From a virus, in the IMG/VR virus record IMGVR_UViG_3300042691_037870, positions 1 through 64,000 of that record: a stretch of DNA of 64,000 nucleotides; one strand, given 5' to 3'. The notes below the pieces were generated by a model. The model searched no databases and had not been told where the DNA came from. It worked only from the letters and a program-made list of their open reading frames with translations. Numbering within the stretch: the stretch's first letter is position 1; each line of letters opens with the position of its first letter. Shown here piece after piece: positions 1 to 8,135 of this stretch. Both the position numbers and the translations under genes were made by a program.

Positions 1-556
1 TTTCTTCATCAGTAAATTCATGTACACCTTTAATATGTTCTACACCTAAAGCACCATGAAATTTACCACTTGCATTTTTTAAAGAAACTAAAAATAAAGA
101 ACGACAGCCAGTTTCATATGCTGTATCTCGAAGACCGTATGAAGTAATATTGCGATCTTCCATATCTGTTACATACAAATCATTAAAATCATGTATGTGT
201 TTTAAAGCTCTACTAAAAAAACTTGTAGGAATATTTTGAAATTGGTGTTGAATAATTGCAGTACCTGGACTTACTACTTCATAAAAAATACTAAACTTTT
301 TAATTGATACACCTGAAGAATAAAAATGTCCACCGTTATGAAATTGTGTTATCCAGATTCTATCACAATCCAAATTGTTTAATAAGATTCTTAGCTGCTC
401 TTCAACCTCAACATCAACTTCCATTTGTGTATACATGGAGTCAGAAGTATTTGTCTTATTTTTATTAAGACGATTTCTAACTAGCTCTAAAACCATCGGT
501 CCTAATACCGCGGTAATAAATGCAACGATGATTGTTCCAACAATTGTCCAATTCAT
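1..556 (-). CDS. Putative holin-like protein: N-terminal TM helix plus GAF-like domain (3' end runs off the window)
   Basis: Not in the ORF track; hand translation from ATG at 556: MNWTIVGTIIVAFITAVLGPMVLELVRNRLNK...CDRIWITQFHNGGHFYSSG...LKNASGKFHGALGVEHIKG, open to base 1. TM plus GAF-like architecture as in T4 holin T. Confidence 0.55.
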   Translation of the reverse strand, partial: MNWTIVGTIIVAFITAVLGPMVLELVRNRLNKNKTNTSDSMYTQMEVDVEVEEQLRILLNNLDCDRIWITQFHNGGHFYSSGVSIKKFSIFYEVVSPGTAIIQHQFQNIPTSFFSRALKHIHDFNDLYVTDMEDRNITSYGLRDTAYETGCRSLFLVSLKNASGKFHGALGVEHIKGVHEFTDEE

Positions 557-558
557 AA

Positions 559-705
559 CTATCTTCCTTGTCCTCTATAAGGTTTTGGTTTTTGTTCTTT
601 AGGGCCATATTGCTTTTTTGCTTTCCCTGTTTTCTTAGAATTTGATTTGTAAGCTACTGTTGCTGATCCTGTTGAGCCTTTTTTGCTCCCTGTTGATTTT
701 GCCAC
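559..705 (-). CDS. Small basic protein (48 aa) ending in YRGQGR
   Basis: Hand translation from GTG at 705: MAKSTGSKKGSTGSATVAYKSNSKKTGKAKKQYGPKEQKPKPYRGQGR*, TAG stop at 559-561; Lys-rich with a C-terminal YRGQG motif recurrent in small phage proteins. Confidence 0.7.
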   Translation of the reverse strand: MAKSTGSKKGSTGSATVAYKSNSKKTGKAKKQYGPKEQKPKPYRGQGR

Positions 706-1292
706 TGTTTAATATTCATTTTTTTAAACGTTTCATAGTTAACGATTCCCGCTTGATATTTGTATCTTTTTTTCTTTTCTTCATCTTCATCTTCAAGATT
801 ATCAAAACGGTCACCAGAACCTATTGAACCAGGCCCGCCCGGTGTAACATTACCCATACCTGGTGTATTTGCAGGACTTGACTGCGGCGCTGAATAAGAA
901 GAAGGTGCAACAGCATCTTCTTGAAGTTGTAATTCAGTTTTTTCTTTTTCATCTGGTGTTTTTCCAGATTCAATAAATTCTATGAAGGACTTAATAAGAG
1001 GATCGTTAGTATCTTTTAAACCAAAACCATAATTTGCGTTACTTTGAGAAATTTGTGTATACCATTTATGACCAGCAGCAACTCCAGGTAACCATTCATT
1101 TACATCTGATTCTTCAACATGGTCAGGTAACCCTTCATGTTTAGTTTCTGCATAGTCTTTAAGTTGTTTTAAAGTCATGCTATCAGCAAGATCTTTTACT
1201 TCTTGACTTGCATCTTCAGGTTTCATATCACCTTTCTTTAAGGCGTATGCCATTCCCATTAGTCTTTGTTGCGCTTTGCTTGTTGCTGGCAT
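654..1292 (-). CDS. DUF3008-like N-terminal domain protein
   Basis: MPATSKAQQRLMGMAYALKKG...SMTLKQLKDYAETKHEGLP matches the DUF3008 pattern; followed by acidic and low-complexity segments. Confidence 0.65.
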   Translation of the reverse strand: MPATSKAQQRLMGMAYALKKGDMKPEDASQEVKDLADSMTLKQLKDYAETKHEGLPDHVEESDVNEWLPGVAAGHKWYTQISQSNANYGFGLKDTNDPLIKSFIEFIESGKTPDEKEKTELQLQEDAVAPSSYSAPQSSPANTPGMGNVTPGGPGSIGSGDRFDNLEDEDEEKKKRYKYQAGIVNYETFKKMNIKQWQNQQGAKKAQQDQQQ

Positions 1293-1293
1293 A

Positions 1294-2247
1294 TTATTTA
1301 ATAAAGTCTTTTCTAGATGCTACTTTGTTTTTATTCTTTTCATAAAACGAACCTAACATACCAATTTGAGCAACACTAAATGTATGTTCTCCACCATTAA
1401 CTTTATCTTTAATAAAAATCATTGGTTGAATTTCGAATTGTTTATTAGGTGTGAATTTTGCATTTAGTATAGTTTTGGAAGAACTTAAAATTTCTTCAAT
1501 ATCTTCAGATGTGAAAGGTATACTGAAGTGATAAATTAACCCGGTTTGAGAATCCAATGATGGTTTATCATTAGCTTCATTTATCATATCTTTGGATTCT
1601 TTAATACCGAAGATATCTTTAACTTTATCCAATTCAGTTTTTTCACCTGATAAAGTTAAAACCCCTTTCATATTTCCAATAATCTTAAACTTAATTTGAT
1701 CTAACTCTTTTTGAACTTTTCTGTCATTCCATATATTATATGCATGACCTGATATTTCTAAAGTGTCTTCATTAAGATTATCTTCAGATTCTATAAGAGG
1801 ATATCCTTCATCACTCCAACCAGCTATAAATGATACATCTCCTTTTGCTGAACCTTCTAAAAATTTAACCTTTGTATTTTGATTTTTACCTAACTCAATA
1901 ACTTCAAACTTACCATATCTTGGATGCTTATAAACGTGGCCTACTTTAAATTTTGTTATAGAACTTTCATTAGTATCAGACTCATTTACAAATTGCTCAA
2001 TAAACTTTTCTCTGCGTTTCTTATCTGCACCCATACCTGTTCCTGCAATCATATCACGAACCTCGTATTTCTCTTTTGAGTCTTTGTGTTGTTTAACATA
2101 GTCGGCAAGTTTCTTACCATCTATATTATTATCATCTATAAAGTTTTGTGCGGATGTTTGACCACTACCAGTGATTTGGTGGATGTAGACAGCCTCCATT
2201 GAAAGTGCTTCATTTATGAAGCTGTCAAATTCTTTAATATGTTTCAT
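1294..2247 (-). CDS. Leader-tagged multi-segment protein (putative head-internal polyprotein)
   Basis: Starts MKHIKEFDSFINE; internal FVNESDTNE, LIESEDNLNE and IKESKDMINE linkers. Confidence 0.7.
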   Translation of the reverse strand: MKHIKEFDSFINEALSMEAVYIHQITGSGQTSAQNFIDDNNIDGKKLADYVKQHKDSKEKYEVRDMIAGTGMGADKKRREKFIEQFVNESDTNESSITKFKVGHVYKHPRYGKFEVIELGKNQNTKVKFLEGSAKGDVSFIAGWSDEGYPLIESEDNLNEDTLEISGHAYNIWNDRKVQKELDQIKFKIIGNMKGVLTLSGEKTELDKVKDIFGIKESKDMINEANDKPSLDSQTGLIYHFSIPFTSEDIEEILSSSKTILNAKFTPNKQFEIQPMIFIKDKVNGGEHTFSVAQIGMLGSFYEKNKNKVASRKDFIK

Positions 2248-2253
2248 CTTATT

Positions 2254-2640
2254 TTATTTATTGTTTAATCTTTCTAGGTAAGCTATTGATGCATCTTTAA
2301 CTTTGCCAATAAAATCGTTTAATGTATAATTTCCTTTTTCAATATTAACTTTCAGTCTAGATTTCCCTTTGTTATTAACTAAAACACAGAGTTCATTTTT
2401 CAAAATATCTATATCAAAATAATCGTATGGAAATTTAAAATTTTTATTCAATTCTAACCCTATACCAACTGTTGCTTTAGGTATATCAACTCTGCTTATG
2501 TTATAACTTATCGGATCTATACCTAAAGGAATAGATACTTTATTTTTTAATTGTTCAAATCCTTTAAATAAACCTTTAGATACAAGTTCTTCATTTAAGG
2601 ATTCATTTAAGAACTCTTCAAAAAGTTTAATATGTTTCAT
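2254..2640 (-). CDS. Leader-tagged hypothetical protein
   Basis: Starts MKHIKLFEEFLNESLNEE. Confidence 0.7.
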   Translation of the reverse strand: MKHIKLFEEFLNESLNEELVSKGLFKGFEQLKNKVSIPLGIDPISYNISRVDIPKATVGIGLELNKNFKFPYDYFDIDILKNELCVLVNNKGKSRLKVNIEKGNYTLNDFIGKVKDASIAYLERLNNK

Positions 2641-2655
2641 TTTACTTACTTGTTT

Positions 2656-3099
2656 TTATCTTATGTCTCCCGTTCTTAGCATAGAAGATATATCGGTAAA
2701 ATATTTCATTTCTTCAGGAGTTAATTTAGACTTAATGTATTTACCAATTTCAGTTAATTGTTTTTGTCTAACTTTATTATCTAAAATTTGATTTTTGTTT
2801 AGGCCTTGTGTGTAAGGAGTAAGATCTTGATACATTTTCTTAAGCTTTTCATCGCCATCAAATTTCTTAATGATTTCTCCAATTAGTTCTTTTCTTTGAC
2901 CTTTTGCAGCCTGTTTAGCTTTTGCAGCAGCTTTGTCCGCTAAAGTTTCTGCTACATCTCCAAGAACTTTATTTACTGCACTAGTGCCTTGGACTACTGC
3001 CCAAAGACCCATCAGACCAACTGCAACACCCATCGCAACGTCTACAACCATTCCCATATCTTCATTTACAAACTCCTCATATAGTTTTACATGTTTCAT
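2656..3099 (-). CDS. Leader-tagged protein with hydrophobic/TM segment
   Basis: MKHVKLYEEFVNE followed directly by MGMVVDVAMGVAVGLMGLWAVVQG. Confidence 0.7.
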   Translation of the reverse strand: MKHVKLYEEFVNEDMGMVVDVAMGVAVGLMGLWAVVQGTSAVNKVLGDVAETLADKAAAKAKQAAKGQRKELIGEIIKKFDGDEKLKKMYQDLTPYTQGLNKNQILDNKVRQKQLTEIGKYIKSKLTPEEMKYFTDISSMLRTGDIR

Positions 3100-3102
3100 A
3101 TC

Positions 3103-3447
3103 TTATATGCTATTTAATTTTTGAATTGCGTTATGTACTTTTTCTCCAAAGGATGATAACTTATAAGTTTTTACGCCATTCTTTTCGGTTACTTTAAAGT
3201 ATTTGGTATTTTTGTTTAACCATTTTCTGGATGTGTTACCACCTGTTTCTTCGTTAATACTTTTAACAAACTCCATCATTTCAGAATATGTAACGGATCC
3301 CTTTTCTTTAAGAAACGATAATATCTTTTCACGAATAGGGCCATTTGTATTTACATATTTTGCAGGATAATTTTCAGTGTATTTTCTTTTAACTGAAACT
3401 TTACCTTCATTTAAAAATTCCTCATATGTAGCAACAAAGTCTGTCAT
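3103..3447 (-). CDS. Leader-tagged basic protein, possible winged-helix DNA-binding fold
   Basis: MTDFVATYEEFLNE then IREKILSFLKEKGSVTYSEM...VKTYKLSSFGEKV, a wHTH-like pattern. Confidence 0.55.
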   Translation of the reverse strand: MTDFVATYEEFLNEGKVSVKRKYTENYPAKYVNTNGPIREKILSFLKEKGSVTYSEMMEFVKSINEETGGNTSRKWLNKNTKYFKVTEKNGVKTYKLSSFGEKVHNAIQKLNSI

Positions 3448-3471
3448 AATTTGTTAAAATTGTTCTTTTCT

Positions 3472-3479
3472 TATATATC
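3472..3479 (-). promoter_or_regulatory. Candidate late-promoter element GATATATA
   Basis: GATATATAAGAAAAG about 25 nt upstream of the ATG at 3447; the same element recurs in other intergenic gaps. Confidence 0.4.
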
Positions 3480-5220
3480 AATTGTAAGTATACTTATCAA
3501 ATGAACTTTTAACTTCATTCCAATAAGGATGCATACATGGCGGAGTATATTTACAAAAATCTTTATAAGAATCGTTAGTTAAAGAATCTTGAAACTTTTG
3601 TCTATCAAGATTTTTAAACATTCCTATTTTAATACCTTTCATAAAACCAACAGGATTTGAATAAACTGCATTCATACCTTCAGCTTCTTTTTGTAAGCTA
3701 ATAGTATTATGTTCTGAATGAATCATTAAAGGCTCATATTTAGGTCTCAACTTTTTTAGTATATTTGACATCGAGACATAAGGTATCTTATAGTATCCTT
3801 CAAACACATCAGGATTATCTACGACAAGACGAGCAATGATTTTTTCAACGCTATCTTTATTAGCACCAAAGTTTCTTTTATATAAATCTTTAGCGTGTAT
3901 AATGACGGTTTTAGTTTTTGTTTTATCAAAAAGATTAACTGCTTCTTGAACTACACGATTTGTAATACACCCACCATTTAACACAATTACATTAATTGGA
4001 GTTTTGCCTGTTACAAATTTTCTTTCAGGATTAAAAACTTTAGTTAATAAATGTACACCTTTTTCATAGTCAGGATCTTGTTGTGATGGTGTTGTTAATA
4101 CTTTGTCTTCTTTAAGAATTGTGTTAAACTCTAAGAAACTGTAATCATCACCAATTACTTTATCAATTTCTTCAATCTTAGAATTAAAACGATTTGCAAC
4201 AGATTCATTAAGTAACCCACTTGCAAATTTAGGTTTTCTTAAGTTTGCAATAAACACTGAAAGAAGATATTCATATTGAGAATTCTTTTCAATTATTGCT
4301 CGTGTTTTAGGATTCTTAATCCACTTATTATTAAACTTACCAGTTTTTTCTAAAAAGACAGGTTTTTTCATTCCTGACTCTAAGTAATTCTTTCCACGTT
4401 TATCTACATAATCATTAAAGATTTCTGAAACCGTCTCGATGTATGCTTCATCAATCGAAGTGGAAACACATCGGGTACCCAATATGTTATAAGTTTCTAA
4501 ATGTTCTAAAATATCTAAAAGTAAAATGTCAAACATATGACTTCTCTTTTCGGATATTATATGTTCTTCATTTTGAGAAACTTTAAAAAGTTGGTTTTCA
4601 CTTTCAAAGATTAAAGCTTCTACATTAGGATGTATTTGATTAAGATATCCTTTAGTATCAAAACTTTCTGTTAATAAACCTGGTACTTGATGATTTTTGC
4701 CAATACTGATTAATGTGTTAACTATGGATTCATCAAGAATTCCTTCAAAAACAGGCTTTGCGTATTCCACATTTAGAATCTTTGCGTATCTTTCATAAAC
4801 CTCAGACTCCGTAACTTCACGAGTTACATCATTCTTTCTATCACGAATTGTAATATCTGTAAGTATTAAACCGTTTTTAGGTCTTCTTTCATATTCTGTA
4901 TGAATTGGTTTTGAAGTAGGAAACCAAGAGAATCCAAAACGGTGACGAACTGGTAGGTCTTTACGAATTTCGTAAGGTAACGATTCAATATAATTAATTG
5001 CGCTTTCATAAAGATCACTAAGAGTACGATCTATTTTGCTGATTGAAGTTTTACCGTTCTTTCCGTAAAAGAACAGCTTATATGTTTTTGCGCTTTTTTC
5101 AAAAGAAAAACGAAAAGCATCAAATTTTTCTGTAATGCGAACAGGGCGATTAAGTATCTCTCTTAATTCTTTTTCCCCATACTTTTTATAAAGGTCTGAT
5201 ATATGTTTAATTCCTGCCAT
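3478..5220 (-). CDS. Fusion of a ligase-like (KxD motif I) domain and a degenerate HIGH-type nucleotidyltransferase domain
   Basis: N-terminal VRITEKFDAFRFSF resembles ligase motif I (EKxDG); C-terminal ~170 aa aligns by eye to ORF 13855..14436 but lacks the HxGH motif. Confidence 0.6.
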   Translation of the reverse strand: MAGIKHISDLYKKYGEKELREILNRPVRITEKFDAFRFSFEKSAKTYKLFFYGKNGKTSISKIDRTLSDLYESAINYIESLPYEIRKDLPVRHRFGFSWFPTSKPIHTEYERRPKNGLILTDITIRDRKNDVTREVTESEVYERYAKILNVEYAKPVFEGILDESIVNTLISIGKNHQVPGLLTESFDTKGYLNQIHPNVEALIFESENQLFKVSQNEEHIISEKRSHMFDILLLDILEHLETYNILGTRCVSTSIDEAYIETVSEIFNDYVDKRGKNYLESGMKKPVFLEKTGKFNNKWIKNPKTRAIIEKNSQYEYLLSVFIANLRKPKFASGLLNESVANRFNSKIEEIDKVIGDDYSFLEFNTILKEDKVLTTPSQQDPDYEKGVHLLTKVFNPERKFVTGKTPINVIVLNGGCITNRVVQEAVNLFDKTKTKTVIIHAKDLYKRNFGANKDSVEKIIARLVVDNPDVFEGYYKIPYVSMSNILKKLRPKYEPLMIHSEHNTISLQKEAEGMNAVYSNPVGFMKGIKIGMFKNLDRQKFQDSLTNDSYKDFCKYTPPCMHPYWNEVKSSFDKYTYN

Positions 5221-5255
5221 TTGTTTTTCGGCTTTAAAGGTTGTGTTTTACCTAA

Positions 5256-5474
5256 TTATTTGTTTTCATATGTTGCTGCTACTGCAGTAATAGGAACATT
5301 TACTTCTTTTCCTGTTTTATCATCAATAACAACAATTTCCTTACTTGTTTTCTTTACCACTTTACCTGTATGAACTATTTTAGTACCAGGCACTACAAAT
5401 TCAACAATGTTGCCTATGTGGGTGCTAATATAGCTTTCATTCATAAAAGATTCAAATGTTTGTATATGTTTCAT
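5256..5474 (-). CDS. Leader-tagged small beta-barrel (SH3/Sm-like) protein
   Basis: MKHIQTFESFMNE then IGNIVEFVVPGTKIVHTGKVVKKTSKEIVVIDDKTGKEVNVPI. Confidence 0.6.
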   Translation of the reverse strand: MKHIQTFESFMNESYISTHIGNIVEFVVPGTKIVHTGKVVKKTSKEIVVIDDKTGKEVNVPITAVAATYENK

Positions 5475-5490
5475 TTATTTTATGATATAT

Positions 5491-6375
5491 TTATCCGATG
5501 TCATCAGGCAGCGGTAATTTAGCATCTATAAGTTTTCTTTCAAAATCTTTATAAATAGCGCTTCTTACTTCAGGGTATAAGAAATCTGAAGTGTCAATCA
5601 ACGACTTTAATTTCTCGTATGTATTTATATCTGTTGGAGAATGATCACCTCTAAAAAGTAATTTTACTACATCAGACGGTGTGTTGGTGACAAATTTATC
5701 AAATTCTTTTAACAGTGCCGCGTTTTTCAATAATCCTTTCTTACCTTCAAAAGATTTTCTTACTTGAACGATTCCTTGATTGAGGCGAACTACGTAAGCT
5801 TCAAATTCTTTAGTTTCGCCAGCTTCTGTTTGTGAAACTATTTTCTTAAAAGAATTTCCAATTGCTGACATAAGTAATAGGTTACGATAAGCACCTTTAT
5901 AACGAGATTCAGCAATACGAAAATCAGGTGAATGATAAATGAAACGGCTCCAGTCAAGATCTGTTGATAACATCAAGTCAACTTGTGCAATTCCTTTTTT
6001 TGTATCACCTGCGATTGGAGCACCTATACTTACTTGATTGAAACCTGGTGCCATTTTGGTAGAATATCCTAATGACTTAAGTTTATCGTTAAGCGCAAAA
6101 AGAACGTTTTGCAATGAAGAGCCTAAATGCGCAGCAATTTTATCAGCAGAAACCGCTAAATCAATATCACCGCTAGTTTGTTCTGGTAATTTCTTACCCG
6201 CACTTCCAATAATTGCAGCATCATCATCAAGACCAACTAATCCAATTTTAGGGAAGATAGTTTTTTCTACCCACTTAGCAGTAGGGATTACATCTGCTTG
6301 TGGAATTGGTTGAGCATTATCTATGCTGTTACCACTTTCATTAATGAATTGCTCAAATAGTTTTATGTACTTCAT
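5491..6375 (-). CDS. Leader-tagged DNA polymerase beta-superfamily nucleotidyltransferase
   Basis: MKYIKLFEQFINE leader; IIGSAGKK...SGDIDLAV and QVDLM give the GS..DxD..D catalytic signature. Confidence 0.8.
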   Translation of the reverse strand: MKYIKLFEQFINESGNSIDNAQPIPQADVIPTAKWVEKTIFPKIGLVGLDDDAAIIGSAGKKLPEQTSGDIDLAVSADKIAAHLGSSLQNVLFALNDKLKSLGYSTKMAPGFNQVSIGAPIAGDTKKGIAQVDLMLSTDLDWSRFIYHSPDFRIAESRYKGAYRNLLLMSAIGNSFKKIVSQTEAGETKEFEAYVVRLNQGIVQVRKSFEGKKGLLKNAALLKEFDKFVTNTPSDVVKLLFRGDHSPTDINTYEKLKSLIDTSDFLYPEVRSAIYKDFERKLIDAKLPLPDDIG

Positions 6376-6376
6376 T

Positions 6377-6703
6377 CTATTTTAATTTGTATTTTACAAG
6401 CTTACCCTCTATCTCGACAGTGATTTTGCCTTTTGATAGTTTTTCAACTTCTTTCTTTGTAACTTCTGGAGTTTTACTTGCGTGGTAAAAAATACTTTTG
6501 ATTTTATCAGATTCACCTGGTTTAGCATTAAAGTTTTTAACAAGATCACCTTTATCATACCCTACACCACCTATGTTTACAACATTCCAGCTATCATTGT
6601 AGTATACATCATAAGATGGTTTTGCATTCAGAAGAAGATCCACTAAATACTTGTAGTCAGCTCCTTCATTGATAAACTCTTCAAATAGTTGAATATGTTT
6701 CAT
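6377..6703 (-). CDS. Leader-tagged hypothetical protein
   Basis: Starts MKHIQLFEEFINE. Confidence 0.7.
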   Translation of the reverse strand: MKHIQLFEEFINEGADYKYLVDLLLNAKPSYDVYYNDSWNVVNIGGVGYDKGDLVKNFNAKPGESDKIKSIFYHASKTPEVTKKEVEKLSKGKITVEIEGKLVKYKLK

Positions 6704-7044
6704 ATTTTATTTACCCCCCATTTTTTATTAGCACTATTCCAAAGAGCCTTGCCATCAGGTGTTAGTACTTCATCATTTTGAACAAACTTTGTCTTAAGTT
6801 CTTTTTCAGCATATACATACATTGAAGTGGCTATTCCTTGGCGCCTGTGATTAGGATCTACCGAAACAATTGTAGCCTTTAGTACGGGTTTAAATTTACT
6901 CTTAATAAAGCGGAGTTCACCTACCTCTTTGCCACCTTTAGTTGCTTTTATTACATATTCATTGTCATCAAGTTTCTTAATACTGAGGTCATAACCATTA
7001 GCAGACTCATTTAAAAAGCTTTCAAATGTTTGTATATGTTTCAT
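6700..7044 (-). CDS. Leader-tagged GNAT acetyltransferase
   Basis: MKHIQTFESFLNE leader; VSVDPNHRRQGIATSMY acetyl-CoA motif A and LTPDGKALW. Confidence 0.85.
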   Translation of the reverse strand: MKHIQTFESFLNESANGYDLSIKKLDDNEYVIKATKGGKEVGELRFIKSKFKPVLKATIVSVDPNHRRQGIATSMYVYAEKELKTKFVQNDEVLTPDGKALWNSANKKWGVNKI

Positions 7045-7303
7045 TCTTTTTTGTTATTTTAACAATTAGTGGAACTGTTCCCTTAATTACACGGTGAATT
7101 TCCCCAGCTGGTATATTTATCATTTTTTCAAATGGGATTGGAAGCTGATTATCAAACTGAAATTGCCAATCATTTTTATTAAGAGCTTCAACTAAACGAT
7201 CTTCTTCGTCCCAATGCCATTGAAGTTCTTCTTCAGGTATATTAACAGAAAAAGTCCGTATTATTACGGACTCTGAAATTTTATGTTCTTTATAAGGTTT
7301 CAC
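7022..7303 (-). CDS. Small cupin-like protein
   Basis: WHWDEEDRLV...WQFQFDNQLP...IPAGEIHRVIKG cupin motifs; GTG start. Confidence 0.65.
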   Translation of the reverse strand: MKPYKEHKISESVIIRTFSVNIPEEELQWHWDEEDRLVEALNKNDWQFQFDNQLPIPFEKMINIPAGEIHRVIKGTVPLIVKITKKNETYTNI

Positions 7304-7867
7304 TTATTCTTCTGTTTCTTCGTTAAACATTACACTTTCTTTAATAGTAAAAGTTTTAGATCCTACTTTTACTTGTTTTCCTATCAATTCATCAATATCA
7401 TATTTTTTACCACCTTTATCTTGAAACATCATATCATCAGTCCATTCATCAGGAGTCTGTAAAACTTTTGCAATTACGTCAGGTTTTTCCGAGGATTCTG
7501 TTCTGCCCCAGTTATCAAGAACTTCTGAATAGTAAACAATTTCAATAGCTTCATTTACAGATTCATTTAAAGAAAACTCACGAATATCACTTTGCCCACT
7601 ATCAAAAGATTTTTGGATAGCAGCCAAGGCAGTTCTTCTTTCACCGGCTGATTCAAATCCTATTTCGTTATCATCAAATGCTCTTGCATTTTTAGACCAG
7701 GAATCGCGTGATAGATTAATAAGTTTTTTAAGATTAATCTTTGTTGAGTCTATTCTATATCTTGCAACTACTCCAGACGGGTTATCAAATGTGGATAATC
7801 CTAAATCCATTTTTGCTTCGTTTAAGTTTTCATTTAAGAAACTTTCAAATGTATGTATATGCTTCAT
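7304..7867 (-). CDS. Leader-tagged two-segment protein
   Basis: MKHIHTFESFLNENLNE; internal SLNESVNE. Confidence 0.7.
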   Translation of the reverse strand: MKHIHTFESFLNENLNEAKMDLGLSTFDNPSGVVARYRIDSTKINLKKLINLSRDSWSKNARAFDDNEIGFESAGERRTALAAIQKSFDSGQSDIREFSLNESVNEAIEIVYYSEVLDNWGRTESSEKPDVIAKVLQTPDEWTDDMMFQDKGGKKYDIDELIGKQVKVGSKTFTIKESVMFNEETEE

Positions 7868-7868
7868 C

Positions 7869-8105
7869 TTAAGAATTTATTTTTACCCATGAAAGTATAG
7901 CTTCTTTCATAGCTTTTTGTAATTTTACGGAATCGCTGGGTGAAAAGTCACCCGTCTTTACTTCTGGAAAAGAACCAGCAACTTCACTCCAGAAAGCATA
8001 TTCAGCTGCATGTACTGCATCATCAATTCTTTTTCCGCTAATTGTAGCACCTTCTTCTAACGTTGTTTCACCTAAGAAACTTTCAAATGTTGGTATATGT
8101 TTCAT
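7869..8105 (-). CDS. Leader-tagged small protein
   Basis: Starts MKHIPTFESFLGE. Confidence 0.7.
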   Translation of the reverse strand: MKHIPTFESFLGETTLEEGATISGKRIDDAVHAAEYAFWSEVAGSFPEVKTGDFSPSDSVKLQKAMKEAILSWVKINS

Positions 8106-8124
8106 TACAGTTTGTAATTTTTTC

Positions 8125-8132
8125 TATTTATC
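8125..8132 (-). promoter_or_regulatory. Candidate late-promoter element GATAAATA
   Basis: GATAAATAGAAAAAA 20 nt upstream of the ATG at 8105; one mismatch from the T4 late promoter TATAAATA. Confidence 0.4.
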
Positions 8133-8135
8133 ATC

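Noticed and set aside
7022-7303. MKPYKEHKISE of the cupin-like gene counted as a leader
   Set aside because: Superficially similar, but lacks the F..F pattern and appears to be part of the domain's first strand; left out of the count.
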